A stretch of DNA of 32,000 nucleotides from Dickeya dadantii NCPPB 898 (GTDB lineage: Bacteria; Pseudomonadota; Gammaproteobacteria; Enterobacterales; Enterobacteriaceae): positions 997,263 through 1,029,262 of the forward strand of contig NZ_CM001976.1 in the NCBI RefSeq assembly GCF_000406145.1, given 5' to 3'. Below are positions 22,441 through 32,000 of this stretch, one piece after another; positions within the stretch are counted from its first letter, which is position 1; the number at the start of each line of letters is the position of its first letter. The translations under genes were made by a program, and so were the position numbers. The notes under the pieces are model-generated. The model did no database searches. It was not told the origin of the DNA and worked only from the letters and a program-made list of their open reading frames with translations.

Positions 22441-24594
22441 ATGAAACAGTTAAAAATTGCGGCTAATGCGGCGGTTGCCTCCCGTCTAATCACCCTGCGT
22501 CCGGTTGTGGCGCTCAGTCAAACCGACTTTACCGACATCGCGGCCGTCGTGGTATCGGTGGAGGAGGCGCGCAGCGGCATCCTGTCGGTGATGCATCATT
22601 CCGGCTTCGGTATTCCGGCATTCGTCGTGCGGGAGTCTTGGCATAGCGGCCAGGAAACGCTGCCGCCGAACAGCGAATGGCTGTGTCTGGATAAAACCGG
22701 CGAGCACGCGCTTCTGCTGGAAAAGACGGCGGCGGAGTATCAGGCCCGGTTGTTGCCGCCATTCTTTGACACGCTGTCCAAGTATGTCGGCATGCGCAAC
22801 ACCACCTTTGCTTGCCCGGGTCATCAGGGCGGGGCGTTTTTTCGCAAGCATCCGGCGGGGCGCCAGTTTTTCGATTTCTACGGCGAAAACCTGTTCCGGT
22901 CCGATATCTGCAACGCGGATGTGAAGCTGGGCGATTTGCTGATTCATGAAGGCGCGGCCAAAAAGGCGCAGAAGTTCGCGGCCACCGTGTTCAACGCGGA
23001 CAAAACCTATTTCGTGCTGAACGGCACCTCGGCAGCCAACAAAGTGGTGACCAACGCCTTGCTGACGCGCGGCGATCTGGTGTTGTTCGACCGCAATAAC
23101 CACAAATCCAATCATCATGGCGCGTTGATTCAGGCCGGTGCGACGCCGGTTTATCTGGAAACCGCCCGTAACCCGTTCGGTTTTATCGGCGGGGTGGATG
23201 CGCACTGTTTTAACGACGGTTACCTGCGTGAGCTGGTGCGTGAAGTCGCGCCGGATCGCGCTGACGAAGCCCGTCCGTTCCGTCTGGCGGTGATTCAGCT
23301 CGGCACCTATGACGGCACTATCTATAACGCCCGGCAGGTGGTGGACAGCATCGGTCACCTGTGCGACTACATCCTGTTCGACTCCGCCTGGGTGGGGTAC
23401 GAGCAGTTCATCCCGATGATGGAGCAGTGCTCGCCGCTGTTGCTGGATCTGAACGAGAACGATCCGGGAATTTTCGTCACCCAGTCGGTGCATAAGCAGC
23501 AAGCCGGTTTCTCGCAAACCTCGCAAATTCACAAGAAAGACAACCATATTCGCGGGCAGAAGCGCTTCTGCCCGCACAAGCGCCTCAATAATGCGTTCAT
23601 GCTGCACGCGTCCACCAGCCCGTTTTATCCGCTATTCGCCGCGCTGGACGTCAACGCCAAAATGCATGAGGGGCCGAGCGGTCGCCGGCTGTGGATGGAG
23701 TGCGTCAGGCTGGGGATCGAAGCGCGTAAGCAACTGCTGGAGCGCTGCTCGCTGATCAAGCCGTTTGTGCCGCCGACGGTAGGCGGCCTGCGCTGGCAGG
23801 ACCACGACACCGAGGTGATGGCGCAGGATGTGCGCTTCTTCAACTTCGAGCCGAGCGACAACTGGCACGCCTTTGAAGGCTATGCGCAGCAACAGTATTT
23901 TGTCGACCCGTGCAAACTGCTGCTGACGACGCCGGGGATTGACGCGGTGACCGGCGCGTATACCGAGTTTGGTATTCCGGCGACCATTCTTGCCAACTAC
24001 CTGCGCGAACACGGCATCATTCCGGAAAAATGCGATCTTAACTCGATTCTGTTCCTGCTGACCCCGGCGGAAGACAGCGTGAAGATGGAGCGTCTGACGG
24101 CTGCGCTGGTGCAGTTCGAGCAACTGATCGAGCAGGACGCGCCGTTAAGCGAAGTGTTGCCGAACCTGTATCACAAATATGAGCAGCGCTATGCCGGCTA
24201 TACCCTGCGCCGCCTGTGTCAGGAGATGCACGATTTTTACGTCAGTCACGATGTGAAGCGGCTGCAAAAAGAGATGTTCCGCAAAGCCTCTTTCCCGCAG
24301 GCGGTGGTGTTACCGCAGGATGCTCACACCGCGTATATCCGCGGCGAGGTAGACCTGGTGCCGCTGGCCGAAGCGCAAGGGCGCATCGCGGCGGAAGGGG
24401 CGTTGCCTTACCCGCCGGGCGTGCTGTGCGTGGTGCCGGGGGAAGTCTGGGGCGGTGCAGTGCTGCGTTACTTCCAGGCGCTGGAAGCGGGCATCAACCT
24501 GATGCCGGGCTTTGCGCCGGAGCTACAGGGCGTCTACAGCGTGGCGCAGGAAGACGGCAGCAAACGCCTGTGCGCGAATGTGATTGCTCGCTAA
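22441..24594 (+). CDS. speC: Ornithine decarboxylase (biosynthetic type)
   Basis: 717 aa, collinear with E. coli SpeC. Long identical blocks include TFACPGHQGGAFF, NADVKLGDLLIHEG, FVLNGTSAANKVVTNALLTRGDLVLFDRNNHKSNHHGALIQAGATPVYLE and SVHKQQAGFSQTSQIHKKD. Confidence 0.95.
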   Translation: MKQLKIAANAAVASRLITLRPVVALSQTDFTDIAAVVVSVEEARSGILSVMHHSGFGIPAFVVRESWHSGQETLPPNSEWLCLDKTGEHALLLEKTAAEYQARLLPPFFDTLSKYVGMRNTTFACPGHQGGAFFRKHPAGRQFFDFYGENLFRSDICNADVKLGDLLIHEGAAKKAQKFAATVFNADKTYFVLNGTSAANKVVTNALLTRGDLVLFDRNNHKSNHHGALIQAGATPVYLETARNPFGFIGGVDAHCFNDGYLRELVREVAPDRADEARPFRLAVIQLGTYDGTIYNARQVVDSIGHLCDYILFDSAWVGYEQFIPMMEQCSPLLLDLNENDPGIFVTQSVHKQQAGFSQTSQIHKKDNHIRGQKRFCPHKRLNNAFMLHASTSPFYPLFAALDVNAKMHEGPSGRRLWMECVRLGIEARKQLLERCSLIKPFVPPTVGGLRWQDHDTEVMAQDVRFFNFEPSDNWHAFEGYAQQQYFVDPCKLLLTTPGIDAVTGAYTEFGIPATILANYLREHGIIPEKCDLNSILFLLTPAEDSVKMERLTAALVQFEQLIEQDAPLSEVLPNLYHKYEQRYAGYTLRRLCQEMHDFYVSHDVKRLQKEMFRKASFPQAVVLPQDAHTAYIRGEVDLVPLAEAQGRIAAEGALPYPPGVLCVVPGEVWGGAVLRYFQALEAGINLMPGFAPELQGVYSVAQEDGSKRLCANVIAR

Positions 24595-24620
24595 CTGGCT
24601 GTTCCGTATCCACTAAAGAG

Positions 24621-24647
24621 AAAACCGGGGGAAACCCCGGTTTTTTT
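24621..24647. terminator. Bidirectional rho-independent terminator between convergent speC and ansP
   Basis: AAAACCGGGG-GAAA-CCCCGGTTTTTTT. Confidence 0.9.
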
Positions 24648-24662
24648 ATCGTTTTCCAGTCT

Positions 24663-26147
24663 TCAGGCTGCCGTTTTTTCGTGTTCTGCTTTCAGCCGGT
24701 TGACTTCTTCTTTCTGTTTACGCAGCCCATACCAGCCGGCAATCAGCATGATCGCCAGCACCGGGATGGTGGCGATAGTCCAGGTGCCGTTCGGGTAATC
24801 CAGCGCCATCAGCACCAGCACGCTGAACAGAAACGCCAGCGTTAGCCAGGAGGAGAACGGCGCCAGCGGCATACGGAAGGCCACCGGGCTGGCTTTGCCC
24901 TGATGAATGGCCTGACGCAGCTTCATCTGGCAAATGATGATGAACGCCCAGGAGCTGATAATGCCGAGCGAGGCCACGTTCAGGACGATTTCAAACACCT
25001 GCGACGGCACGATGTAATTCAGGAACACCCCAATAATGTGGATGCAGACGGTGACCAGAATGCCGGCGTAAGGCACCGACTGCGCGCTCATATTGCCGAG
25101 GAATTTCGGCGCGGAACCGCCCTGAGACAGCGAACGCAGGATACGGCCGGTGGAGTACAACCCGGAGTTGAGGCTGGAAAGCGCCGCCGACAGCACCACG
25201 ATATTCATGATGGTGCCGATATAAGGCACGCCCAGCTTGCTGAAGAAGGTAACGAACGGACTTTGTCCGGCCTGATAGGCATTCCACGGCAGCAGGCACA
25301 CCAGCAGGATGACCGAGCCAACGTAGAACAGACCGATACGCCAGATAACGCTGTTGACCGCTTTGGGCAGCGTTTTTTCCGGGTCTTTACACTCGCCGGC
25401 GGCGGTGCCGATCAGCTCCACCCCGGCGAACGCGAAGATAACCCCTTGCACCAGAACCAGCGCCGGTAGCAGGCCGTGCGGGAACAGCCCGCCGTTATCG
25501 GTAATCAGGTGCAGCCCCGGCACGTTGCCGTCCAGCGTTTTGCCGGTGCCGAGGAAAATGGTGCCAACTACCAGGAACAGGGAAATCGCGGCGACTTTGA
25601 TCAGCGCGAACCAGAACTCCATCTCGGCGAACCATTTCACGCCAATCATGTTCATGGTGGTGACAATCGCCAGCGCGCCGAGCGCGAACATCCATTGGGG
25701 AACCTCGGCAAAGGTGCCCCAGTAGTGTATGTAGAGCGCGACCGCGGTGATATCGACGATGCCGGTCATCGCCCAGTTGAGAAAGTACATCCAGCCGGCG
25801 ACATAAGAGGCTTTTTCGCCCAGAAATTCGCGGGCGTAGGAAACAAAGCTGCCGCTGGACGGGCGGTGTACGATCAATTCGCCCAGCGCCCGCAGAATGA
25901 AGAAAGAGAAGATGCCGCACACCAGATAAACCAGCGCCAGCGCCGGGCCGGCCATCTGCAGCCGTGCGCCTGCGCCCAGAAATAAACCGGTGCCGATCGA
26001 ACCGCCGATGGCGATCATCTGCACCTGGCGGTTACCCATGCTTTTGTGGTAACCCGCTTCATGTGAGTCGAGCCAGCGTCGTTTGGCGTGGTGTTCGGTT
26101 TCGTTTTTATGTTGATTCATTGCCCGTTTGATTCCCTTGTCTGTCAT
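24663..26147 (-). CDS. ansP: APC-family amino-acid permease, L-asparagine permease-like
   Basis: 494 aa. Near-identical blocks to E. coli AnsP as remembered: AKRRWL..HE.GYHK.MGNRQVQMIAIGG.IGTGLFLGAGARLQMAGPALALVYL and QSPFVTFFSKLGVPYIG. The start is uncertain (26147 or 26120). Confidence 0.85.
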   Translation of the reverse strand: MTDKGIKRAMNQHKNETEHHAKRRWLDSHEAGYHKSMGNRQVQMIAIGGSIGTGLFLGAGARLQMAGPALALVYLVCGIFSFFILRALGELIVHRPSSGSFVSYAREFLGEKASYVAGWMYFLNWAMTGIVDITAVALYIHYWGTFAEVPQWMFALGALAIVTTMNMIGVKWFAEMEFWFALIKVAAISLFLVVGTIFLGTGKTLDGNVPGLHLITDNGGLFPHGLLPALVLVQGVIFAFAGVELIGTAAGECKDPEKTLPKAVNSVIWRIGLFYVGSVILLVCLLPWNAYQAGQSPFVTFFSKLGVPYIGTIMNIVVLSAALSSLNSGLYSTGRILRSLSQGGSAPKFLGNMSAQSVPYAGILVTVCIHIIGVFLNYIVPSQVFEIVLNVASLGIISSWAFIIICQMKLRQAIHQGKASPVAFRMPLAPFSSWLTLAFLFSVLVLMALDYPNGTWTIATIPVLAIMLIAGWYGLRKQKEEVNRLKAEHEKTAA

Positions 26148-26479
26148 TCAGGAGAATGAAATTGGCTGTTGTGTCACAGCCTGGCTCATCGAGAGGATTG
26201 TGTTTTTCTGGCCGTACCGTGCCGGGTTCCCTGCTGGTATCGGGCCAAAAACGTCAGCGATGCTACCGTTTCCTGACCTGAGAGGCAAAAATTCCCTGCG
26301 CTAACATGGAGGGTTTATTTTGTTTGTGTGCTCATTTTTTTATTTTTACTAATTCATTAATCTGTTTAATTTCAATTTTTCGGTTTTTTAGTCTATGAAA
26401 TGGCTTTTAAGATAGTGTTTGCTTATGACTGTAACCAATCGTTTGCTTTGGTTATTTATTAATCATTGCTAATGTGATG

Positions 26480-26510
26480 GCGGTGTTCCTGTGGTGAACA
26501 GGAACACCGC
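26480..26510 (-). terminator. 12-bp-stem hairpin downstream of mltC, putative terminator
   Basis: GCGGTGTTCCTG-TGGTGAA-CAGGAACACCGC, 22 nt after the mltC stop. There is no strong U-tract. Confidence 0.45.
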
Positions 26511-26531
26511 TTGTTCGGGGAGGACGCGCAG

Positions 26532-27614
26532 TCAGCGGCTGTAACCGCGATAGTTTTTCTGCGCGGTGTTGACCTTGTACAGATAATGCCGTGATTCAGC
26601 GGACGGATGGCGCGTCGTCAGGGTCTGGTAGACCTCTCCGGGCGACATGTTATTGATGCGGCCGAACGCTGTGTCCTTATCGCTGGAGAAGACTCTAAGC
26701 ACACTGCCTGCGCCGCCGTTATAGGCGGTGATGACGGCGTAGCGCTGCGACGTTGGGTCCTGAATGCCCGACAGGTAGACATTTTTCAGCATCGACAGAT
26801 AAGCGGTACCGGTGTCGATGTTGTTCTCCGGGTCAAACAGGTAGCTACGGCTCGGCTGTCCCCATTTGCCCTTCATTTTGAACACGTCGCGGCCGGCGCT
26901 GTGCTGCACCACCTGCATCAACCCCAGCGCGTCGGAACGGCTGACTGCGTAGGGGTTGAAACTGGATTCGGTCTGCATGATGGCCAGGATCAGCGAGGCG
27001 TCGATACCGTAGCGTTCGGAGGCCTGACGCACCATCGGCAGGTATTTGTGCGCGCGTTGATCCAGGTGGTCCGGCACCAGTTGAATCGTGACCGACCAGA
27101 TCACGCGCATGCCGGCGGTGCGGCGCTGCAGCTTATTCTGGATCAGATAATCGGCGAAGTTGCCGGCGCGGCCTTCCCAGCGAATCGGCTGGCCGGTGTT
27201 ATCCAGCACCTGACCGTACAGCAACGGTTCGCGGCTGATCTGGATATCGTTGGCGTCGGAATAGAGGTCGGTGTTGCTGGCGTTATCGCCCATCAGCAAG
27301 GTGGTGATGATCGCCTGACGCAGGCTGGCCTCATAATTAGTAGAAGAAATGGTTTCGATGGTGATGGTACCGGCGTCGAAGTTGACGTGACTACGCGTCA
27401 TATATTGGTCGGAGTATTTGACGTAGTCTTTGGGGCCGGCGATCAGAACCTCGTTCAATCCCCAAATGTTTTCGATGTTGTTGGCGAATTGCCCCATCAA
27501 AATGTCGAAGGCGTTGGTGTCTTTGATAAAAGCCTCGTTGTTCTCGCCTCCTTTTTTGCTGGAGCAGGAAATCAACAACGGGGCAACAAGCAGCAAAGCA
27601 AACAGTTTCTTCAT
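26532..27614 (-). CDS. mltC: Membrane-bound lytic murein transglycosylase C (lipoprotein)
   Basis: 360 aa. Lipobox LLISC. SLT catalytic region [27 protein letters not shown]. Conserved position next to yggX-mutY. Confidence 0.9.
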   Translation of the reverse strand: MKKLFALLLVAPLLISCSSKKGGENNEAFIKDTNAFDILMGQFANNIENIWGLNEVLIAGPKDYVKYSDQYMTRSHVNFDAGTITIETISSTNYEASLRQAIITTLLMGDNASNTDLYSDANDIQISREPLLYGQVLDNTGQPIRWEGRAGNFADYLIQNKLQRRTAGMRVIWSVTIQLVPDHLDQRAHKYLPMVRQASERYGIDASLILAIMQTESSFNPYAVSRSDALGLMQVVQHSAGRDVFKMKGKWGQPSRSYLFDPENNIDTGTAYLSMLKNVYLSGIQDPTSQRYAVITAYNGGAGSVLRVFSSDKDTAFGRINNMSPGEVYQTLTTRHPSAESRHYLYKVNTAQKNYRGYSR

Positions 27615-27668
27615 CGTATCAAGCCGTACGGTATCAAGGACGCGTCAGGGCCTGCCGGCCCCTGTCAT

Positions 27669-29029
<1,361 letters not shown>

Positions 29030-29187
29030 AAAGGCGTCGTCATCCGGCTGGTAAAAATTTGACAGCGATTGCAGCACAGAGTGAATGTACTGTAAACCGG
29101 AACTTTCCGCCTCCGGCTACTTGCTAAACAACCGTATCCTTGGATAATGCGCGTTTTCCCAACCCAATCAGACTTACAGAAAGCATT

Positions 29188-29907
29188 ATGATCAATAACG
29201 TCATCTCTCCGGAATTTGATGAAAACGGACGCCCGCTGCGCAGAATCCGCAGTTTTGTGCGCCGCCAGGGCCGCCTGACCAAAGGACAGCAACAGGCGCT
29301 GGATGATTTTTGGCCGGTGAAGGGCGTGGAGTATCAGAATGAGGCGCTGGATTTCGCCCGGCTATTCGGACGCGATGCGCCGGTGGTGCTGGAGATCGGT
29401 TTTGGGATGGGGGCGTCTTTGGTGACGATGGCGCAGCAGCACCCGGAACAGAATTTTATCGGTATAGAAGTGCATGTGCCCGGCGTGGGGGCTTGTCTGG
29501 GCGCGGCGCAAGAGGCGGGCGTCGACAACCTGCGGGTGATGTGCCATGACGCGGTGGAAGTGCTGGAACACATGATCCCCGATGGTTCGCTTGCCATGGT
29601 GCAGCTGTTTTTCCCCGATCCGTGGCACAAGGCGCGCCATAATAAACGCCGTATCGTTCAGGCGCCTTTTGCCGAACTGGTGCGCAGCAAGCTGGCGATC
29701 GGCGGTGTGTTTCATATGGCCACCGACTGGGAACCTTATGCGCAACATATGCTCGAAGTGATGAGTTCGCTCGCAGGTTATCGCAACCTGTCGGACCATA
29801 ATGATTATGTGCCGCGCCCGGCGTCGCGGCCATTGACCAAATTTGAGGCCCGCGGCCAGCGGCTGGGGCATGGTGTCTGGGATCTGATGTTTGAGAGGAA
29901 TCAATAA
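29188..29907 (+). CDS. trmB: tRNA (guanine46-N7)-methyltransferase
   Basis: [34 protein letters not shown] matches the E. coli TrmB N-terminus. Also [18 protein letters not shown]. The track start 29140 was rejected. Confidence 0.93.
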   Translation: MINNVISPEFDENGRPLRRIRSFVRRQGRLTKGQQQALDDFWPVKGVEYQNEALDFARLFGRDAPVVLEIGFGMGASLVTMAQQHPEQNFIGIEVHVPGVGACLGAAQEAGVDNLRVMCHDAVEVLEHMIPDGSLAMVQLFFPDPWHKARHNKRRIVQAPFAELVRSKLAIGGVFHMATDWEPYAQHMLEVMSSLAGYRNLSDHNDYVPRPASRPLTKFEARGQRLGHGVWDLMFERNQ

Positions 29908-30251
29908 TGGCTAAGAATCGGAGTCGTCGTTTACGTAAAAAGCTGCACATCGATGAATTTCAGGAATTCGGCTTCTCGGTAAGCTGGCGTTTCCCGCAGG
30001 AAACCAGTGTGGAAGCGATCGATCGCTTGCTGGATCTGTTTGTCGATGAAGTGATCGAGCCGAATGGGCTGGCGTTCGAAGGCAGCGGTTATCTGCAGTG
30101 GGAAGGGTTGGTGTGCATGCAGAAACTGGGTAATTGCACCGATGAACATCGCGAACTGGTACGCAAATGGCTGGACGCGAACCAGATGACGGACGTAACG
30201 GTCAGCGATCTGTTTGACATCTGGTGGGATCTGCCCGCCAACCTCGGTTAA
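29907..30251 (+). CDS. yggL: DUF469 protein YggL
   Basis: [25 protein letters not shown] is near-identical to the E. coli YggL N-terminus. TAATG overlap with trmB. Confidence 0.9.
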   Translation: MAKNRSRRLRKKLHIDEFQEFGFSVSWRFPQETSVEAIDRLLDLFVDEVIEPNGLAFEGSGYLQWEGLVCMQKLGNCTDEHRELVRKWLDANQMTDVTVSDLFDIWWDLPANLG

Positions 30252-30265
30252 ACCCGCGCGTTTTT

Positions 30266-30298
30266 CGTCATCACTGGCGGTTGCCGCCGGTGATGACG
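30266..30298. other. 15-bp-stem intergenic hairpin between yggL and yggN (REP-like element or terminator)
   Basis: CGTCATCACTGGCGG-TTG-CCGCCGGTGATGACG, with one G-U position and no U-tract. Confidence 0.5.
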
Positions 30299-30361
30299 AC
30301 TGTCGGTCTTGACGGCCGGTCGTTCCGGCTGGCGTCGGGCGCTGTTTCTTCAGGAGTCTTT

Positions 30362-31078
30362 ATGTTGCGTAAAATGACCTTGGGTGCATTGATGTTACTG
30401 GCCTGGCAAGCGCAGGCGGCCTATCAGTGCAATGTTCAACCTCAGGACGACATCATCATCAGTCCGCAGAGTGTGAAAGTGGTCGGCGCCAGCGGCAATC
30501 TGCAGATTTCGCCGCAGGGCGACATACTGAGCAACGGCAGCGCGCTGAACCTCGATGCCGGTCAGCGTCAGCAGGCCAAAGCCTACCAGGCTGAACTGCG
30601 TCAGCAACTGCCGTGGATTGACGAAGGCGCAAAGCAGCATCTGGAGAAGGCTCGTCAGGCGCTGGACAAGGTGATTGTGCAACAGCTGGGCAGCGACAGT
30701 AATGTGCGCAACCGTCTCGGCACGCTGGATGAACAGTTAAAGCAGCAGATGAACCGGATTATCGAACACCGTAGCGATGGCCTGACCTTCCATCATCAGG
30801 CGATTAAGCAGGTTGAGCAGGACGGACGGCAGATTGTTGAACGCAGTCTGGGCGGCGTCTTGCAGGATAGCCTCAACGAAATGGGCGTCAAGCAGATGGG
30901 CAGTGGCGGCGGTAATCCGCTGCAGGCGATGATGGGCAATCTGGGCGGCTTGCAGAAAGCGATCCAGACCGAGTGGAACAATCAGGAAATGGATTTTCAG
31001 CGTTTTGGCCACGATGTCTGCAATCGGGTGACGGCGCTGGAAAATCAACGCCAGATGTTAGTGCAGTCAATTAAATAG
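30362..31078 (+). CDS. yggN: DUF2884 periplasmic protein YggN
   Basis: ATG 30362 gives the signal peptide MLRKMTLGALMLLAWQAQA. Collinear with E. coli YggN (QCNV.P.DD.I.SPQ.V, LPWIDEGA, MNRIIEHRSDGLTFH). Confidence 0.85.
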   Translation: MLRKMTLGALMLLAWQAQAAYQCNVQPQDDIIISPQSVKVVGASGNLQISPQGDILSNGSALNLDAGQRQQAKAYQAELRQQLPWIDEGAKQHLEKARQALDKVIVQQLGSDSNVRNRLGTLDEQLKQQMNRIIEHRSDGLTFHHQAIKQVEQDGRQIVERSLGGVLQDSLNEMGVKQMGSGGGNPLQAMMGNLGGLQKAIQTEWNNQEMDFQRFGHDVCNRVTALENQRQMLVQSIK

Positions 31079-31090
31079 CCTTTCTTTTTT

Positions 31091-31122
31091 CAAGGGTAAA
31101 TGCCGTTTTGTATTTGCCCTTG
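31091..31122 (+). terminator. Hairpin after yggN (CAAGGGTAAA...TTTGCCCTTG), weak terminator candidate
   Basis: 10-bp stem with one wobble. The T-run precedes rather than follows the stem. Confidence 0.3.
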
Positions 31123-31350
31123 ATTCCTTGATTATTCAGCTGTGCTTCCTTAATTCTTCCTAACCGTAGCGTCCTGCCTGTGTCACTGTATCCTGGCAAT
31201 ATAGACAGCAAATAGTTAAATACTGTCTCAGTCAACCGGCTGCGCTAATTACGCTTTTTGCGTTATCACGTTGAGAGATAAATGAAAATGACTGGTGCGG
31301 ATTATCGTATGTTTTACCTAAACAACAATGGCGCTTTAGTATTTCAGCCA

Positions 31351-31623
31351 TCATTTTTCTTCCTTCTGGCATTTATCTGGAATGATTAATACGTAATTGT
31401 ATTCATGTGCGTTATGTATTAATAAGGTGCGTTTATTTATAAATAACGTTTCTTCTCTGGCATGAATGTTTCTTTGTTTTTCTGTTTGTTTCATTTGGAT
31501 TTTAATTTTATTTAATTCATCAAAATATAAATTAAATGGCTTGTTTTGTTCATTTTTGTCGTGTAAATATATCGTAAATAAACGCAGTTTTTCGTTATGT
31601 GTAAAGTCATGGCGAAAAATCAC
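31351..31623 (-). CDS. Hypothetical protein in AT-rich tail (doubtful)
   Basis: 90-aa ORF with a GTG start only, Lys/Asn/Ile-rich as expected from AT-rich DNA. No recognisable motif. Confidence 0.25.
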   Translation of the reverse strand: MIFRHDFTHNEKLRLFTIYLHDKNEQNKPFNLYFDELNKIKIQMKQTEKQRNIHAREETLFINKRTLLIHNAHEYNYVLIIPDKCQKEEK

Positions 31624-31692
31624 AGCGTAAGCGTAGAGTTCGGCATAGCGCTATGGTGCAGAGTCCGACATAGAACGATATAGAACAAACAA

Positions 31693-31735
31693 TGGTGTAA
31701 AAGATAAAAATGGTGTGAAAGATAAAAATAGTGTT
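31693..31735. repeat. 18-bp tandem repeat (TGGTGTRAAAGATAAAAA x2 plus a partial unit) in the AT-rich tail
   Basis: Units at 31693-31710 and 31711-31728, then TAGTGTT. Confidence 0.8.
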
Positions 31736-32000
31736 TTTCTGAATCAATGGAATATGTTGGTCGAACAAGGGATGACGGTCGATGATTGCAGGTTATTGCC
31801 ATATGAATGGTATTTTCATCAATAAGCCGATGACGATTTTGCTTTTTCTTATTCAATCGGAATTATCAGGTTTATCTTTATTTAGTGGCGGTTTTCCATA
31901 TATATACTAAAAATATTCGGATTGCAGGGGCGTAATTGACAGTGACCTGAAAGGGCGAGGCCCTACCGTCAATACACCTGCGACACGAAGCGTGACGAAT

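Noticed and set aside
22486-23607. 373-aa ORF on the minus strand
   Set aside because: It lies entirely inside speC on the opposite strand. speC identity is unambiguous.
31620-31856. 78-aa minus-strand ORF
   Set aside because: It contains the 18-bp tandem DNA repeat, which produces the odd HYFYLSHHFYLLHH segment. The AT-rich context and implausible composition argue against it.

Overview
This is a chromosomal segment of an Enterobacterales genome. Conserved synteny and close resemblance to remembered E. coli orthologues suggest a Pectobacteriaceae-like plant-associated enterobacterium, but the taxon is inference. No searches were run: all products were called by eye from motifs, signal peptides, gene coupling and remembered orthologues.

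- **Right third (21.7-31.1 kb), ordinary core:** tRNA-Phe (pheV) with a textbook promoter and terminator, then speC, ansP, mltC, yggX, mutY, trmB, yggL and yggN. It ends in an AT-rich, poorly coding tail.
- **Left half, accessory-looking:**
  - The 3' end of a giant tandem-repeat (about 92 aa per unit) adhesin gene.
  - Directly coupled to it, a four-gene operon encoding a dedicated TolC-like lipoprotein plus three HlyD-type adaptors. One adaptor is fused to an M50 (site-2-protease-type) intramembrane metalloprotease. No ABC, RND or MFS transporter is visible. This is my best candidate for an undescribed system.
  - Two tandem Tat-signal Bug/TctC-like binding proteins with no TctAB partner.
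  - An sbmC (gyrI) gene with a LexA box.
  - A self-contained MacB-type ABC/TolC/adaptor operon with a small Sec-secreted beta-rich protein gene embedded between the ATPase and permease genes.
- **Middle (15.7-21.7 kb), a mosaic abutting tRNA-Phe:**
  - A P-loop kinase-like gene.
  - A secreted penicillin-V-acylase-like Ntn hydrolase, with a 51-bp relic copy downstream.
  - A SnoaL/quinone-oxidoreductase/YafY(WYL) operon.
  - A 1.5-kb Fic-gene islet bracketed by roughly 63-bp direct repeats that include the tRNA-Phe 3' end.

No CRISPR array, IS element, integrase or rRNA was seen.
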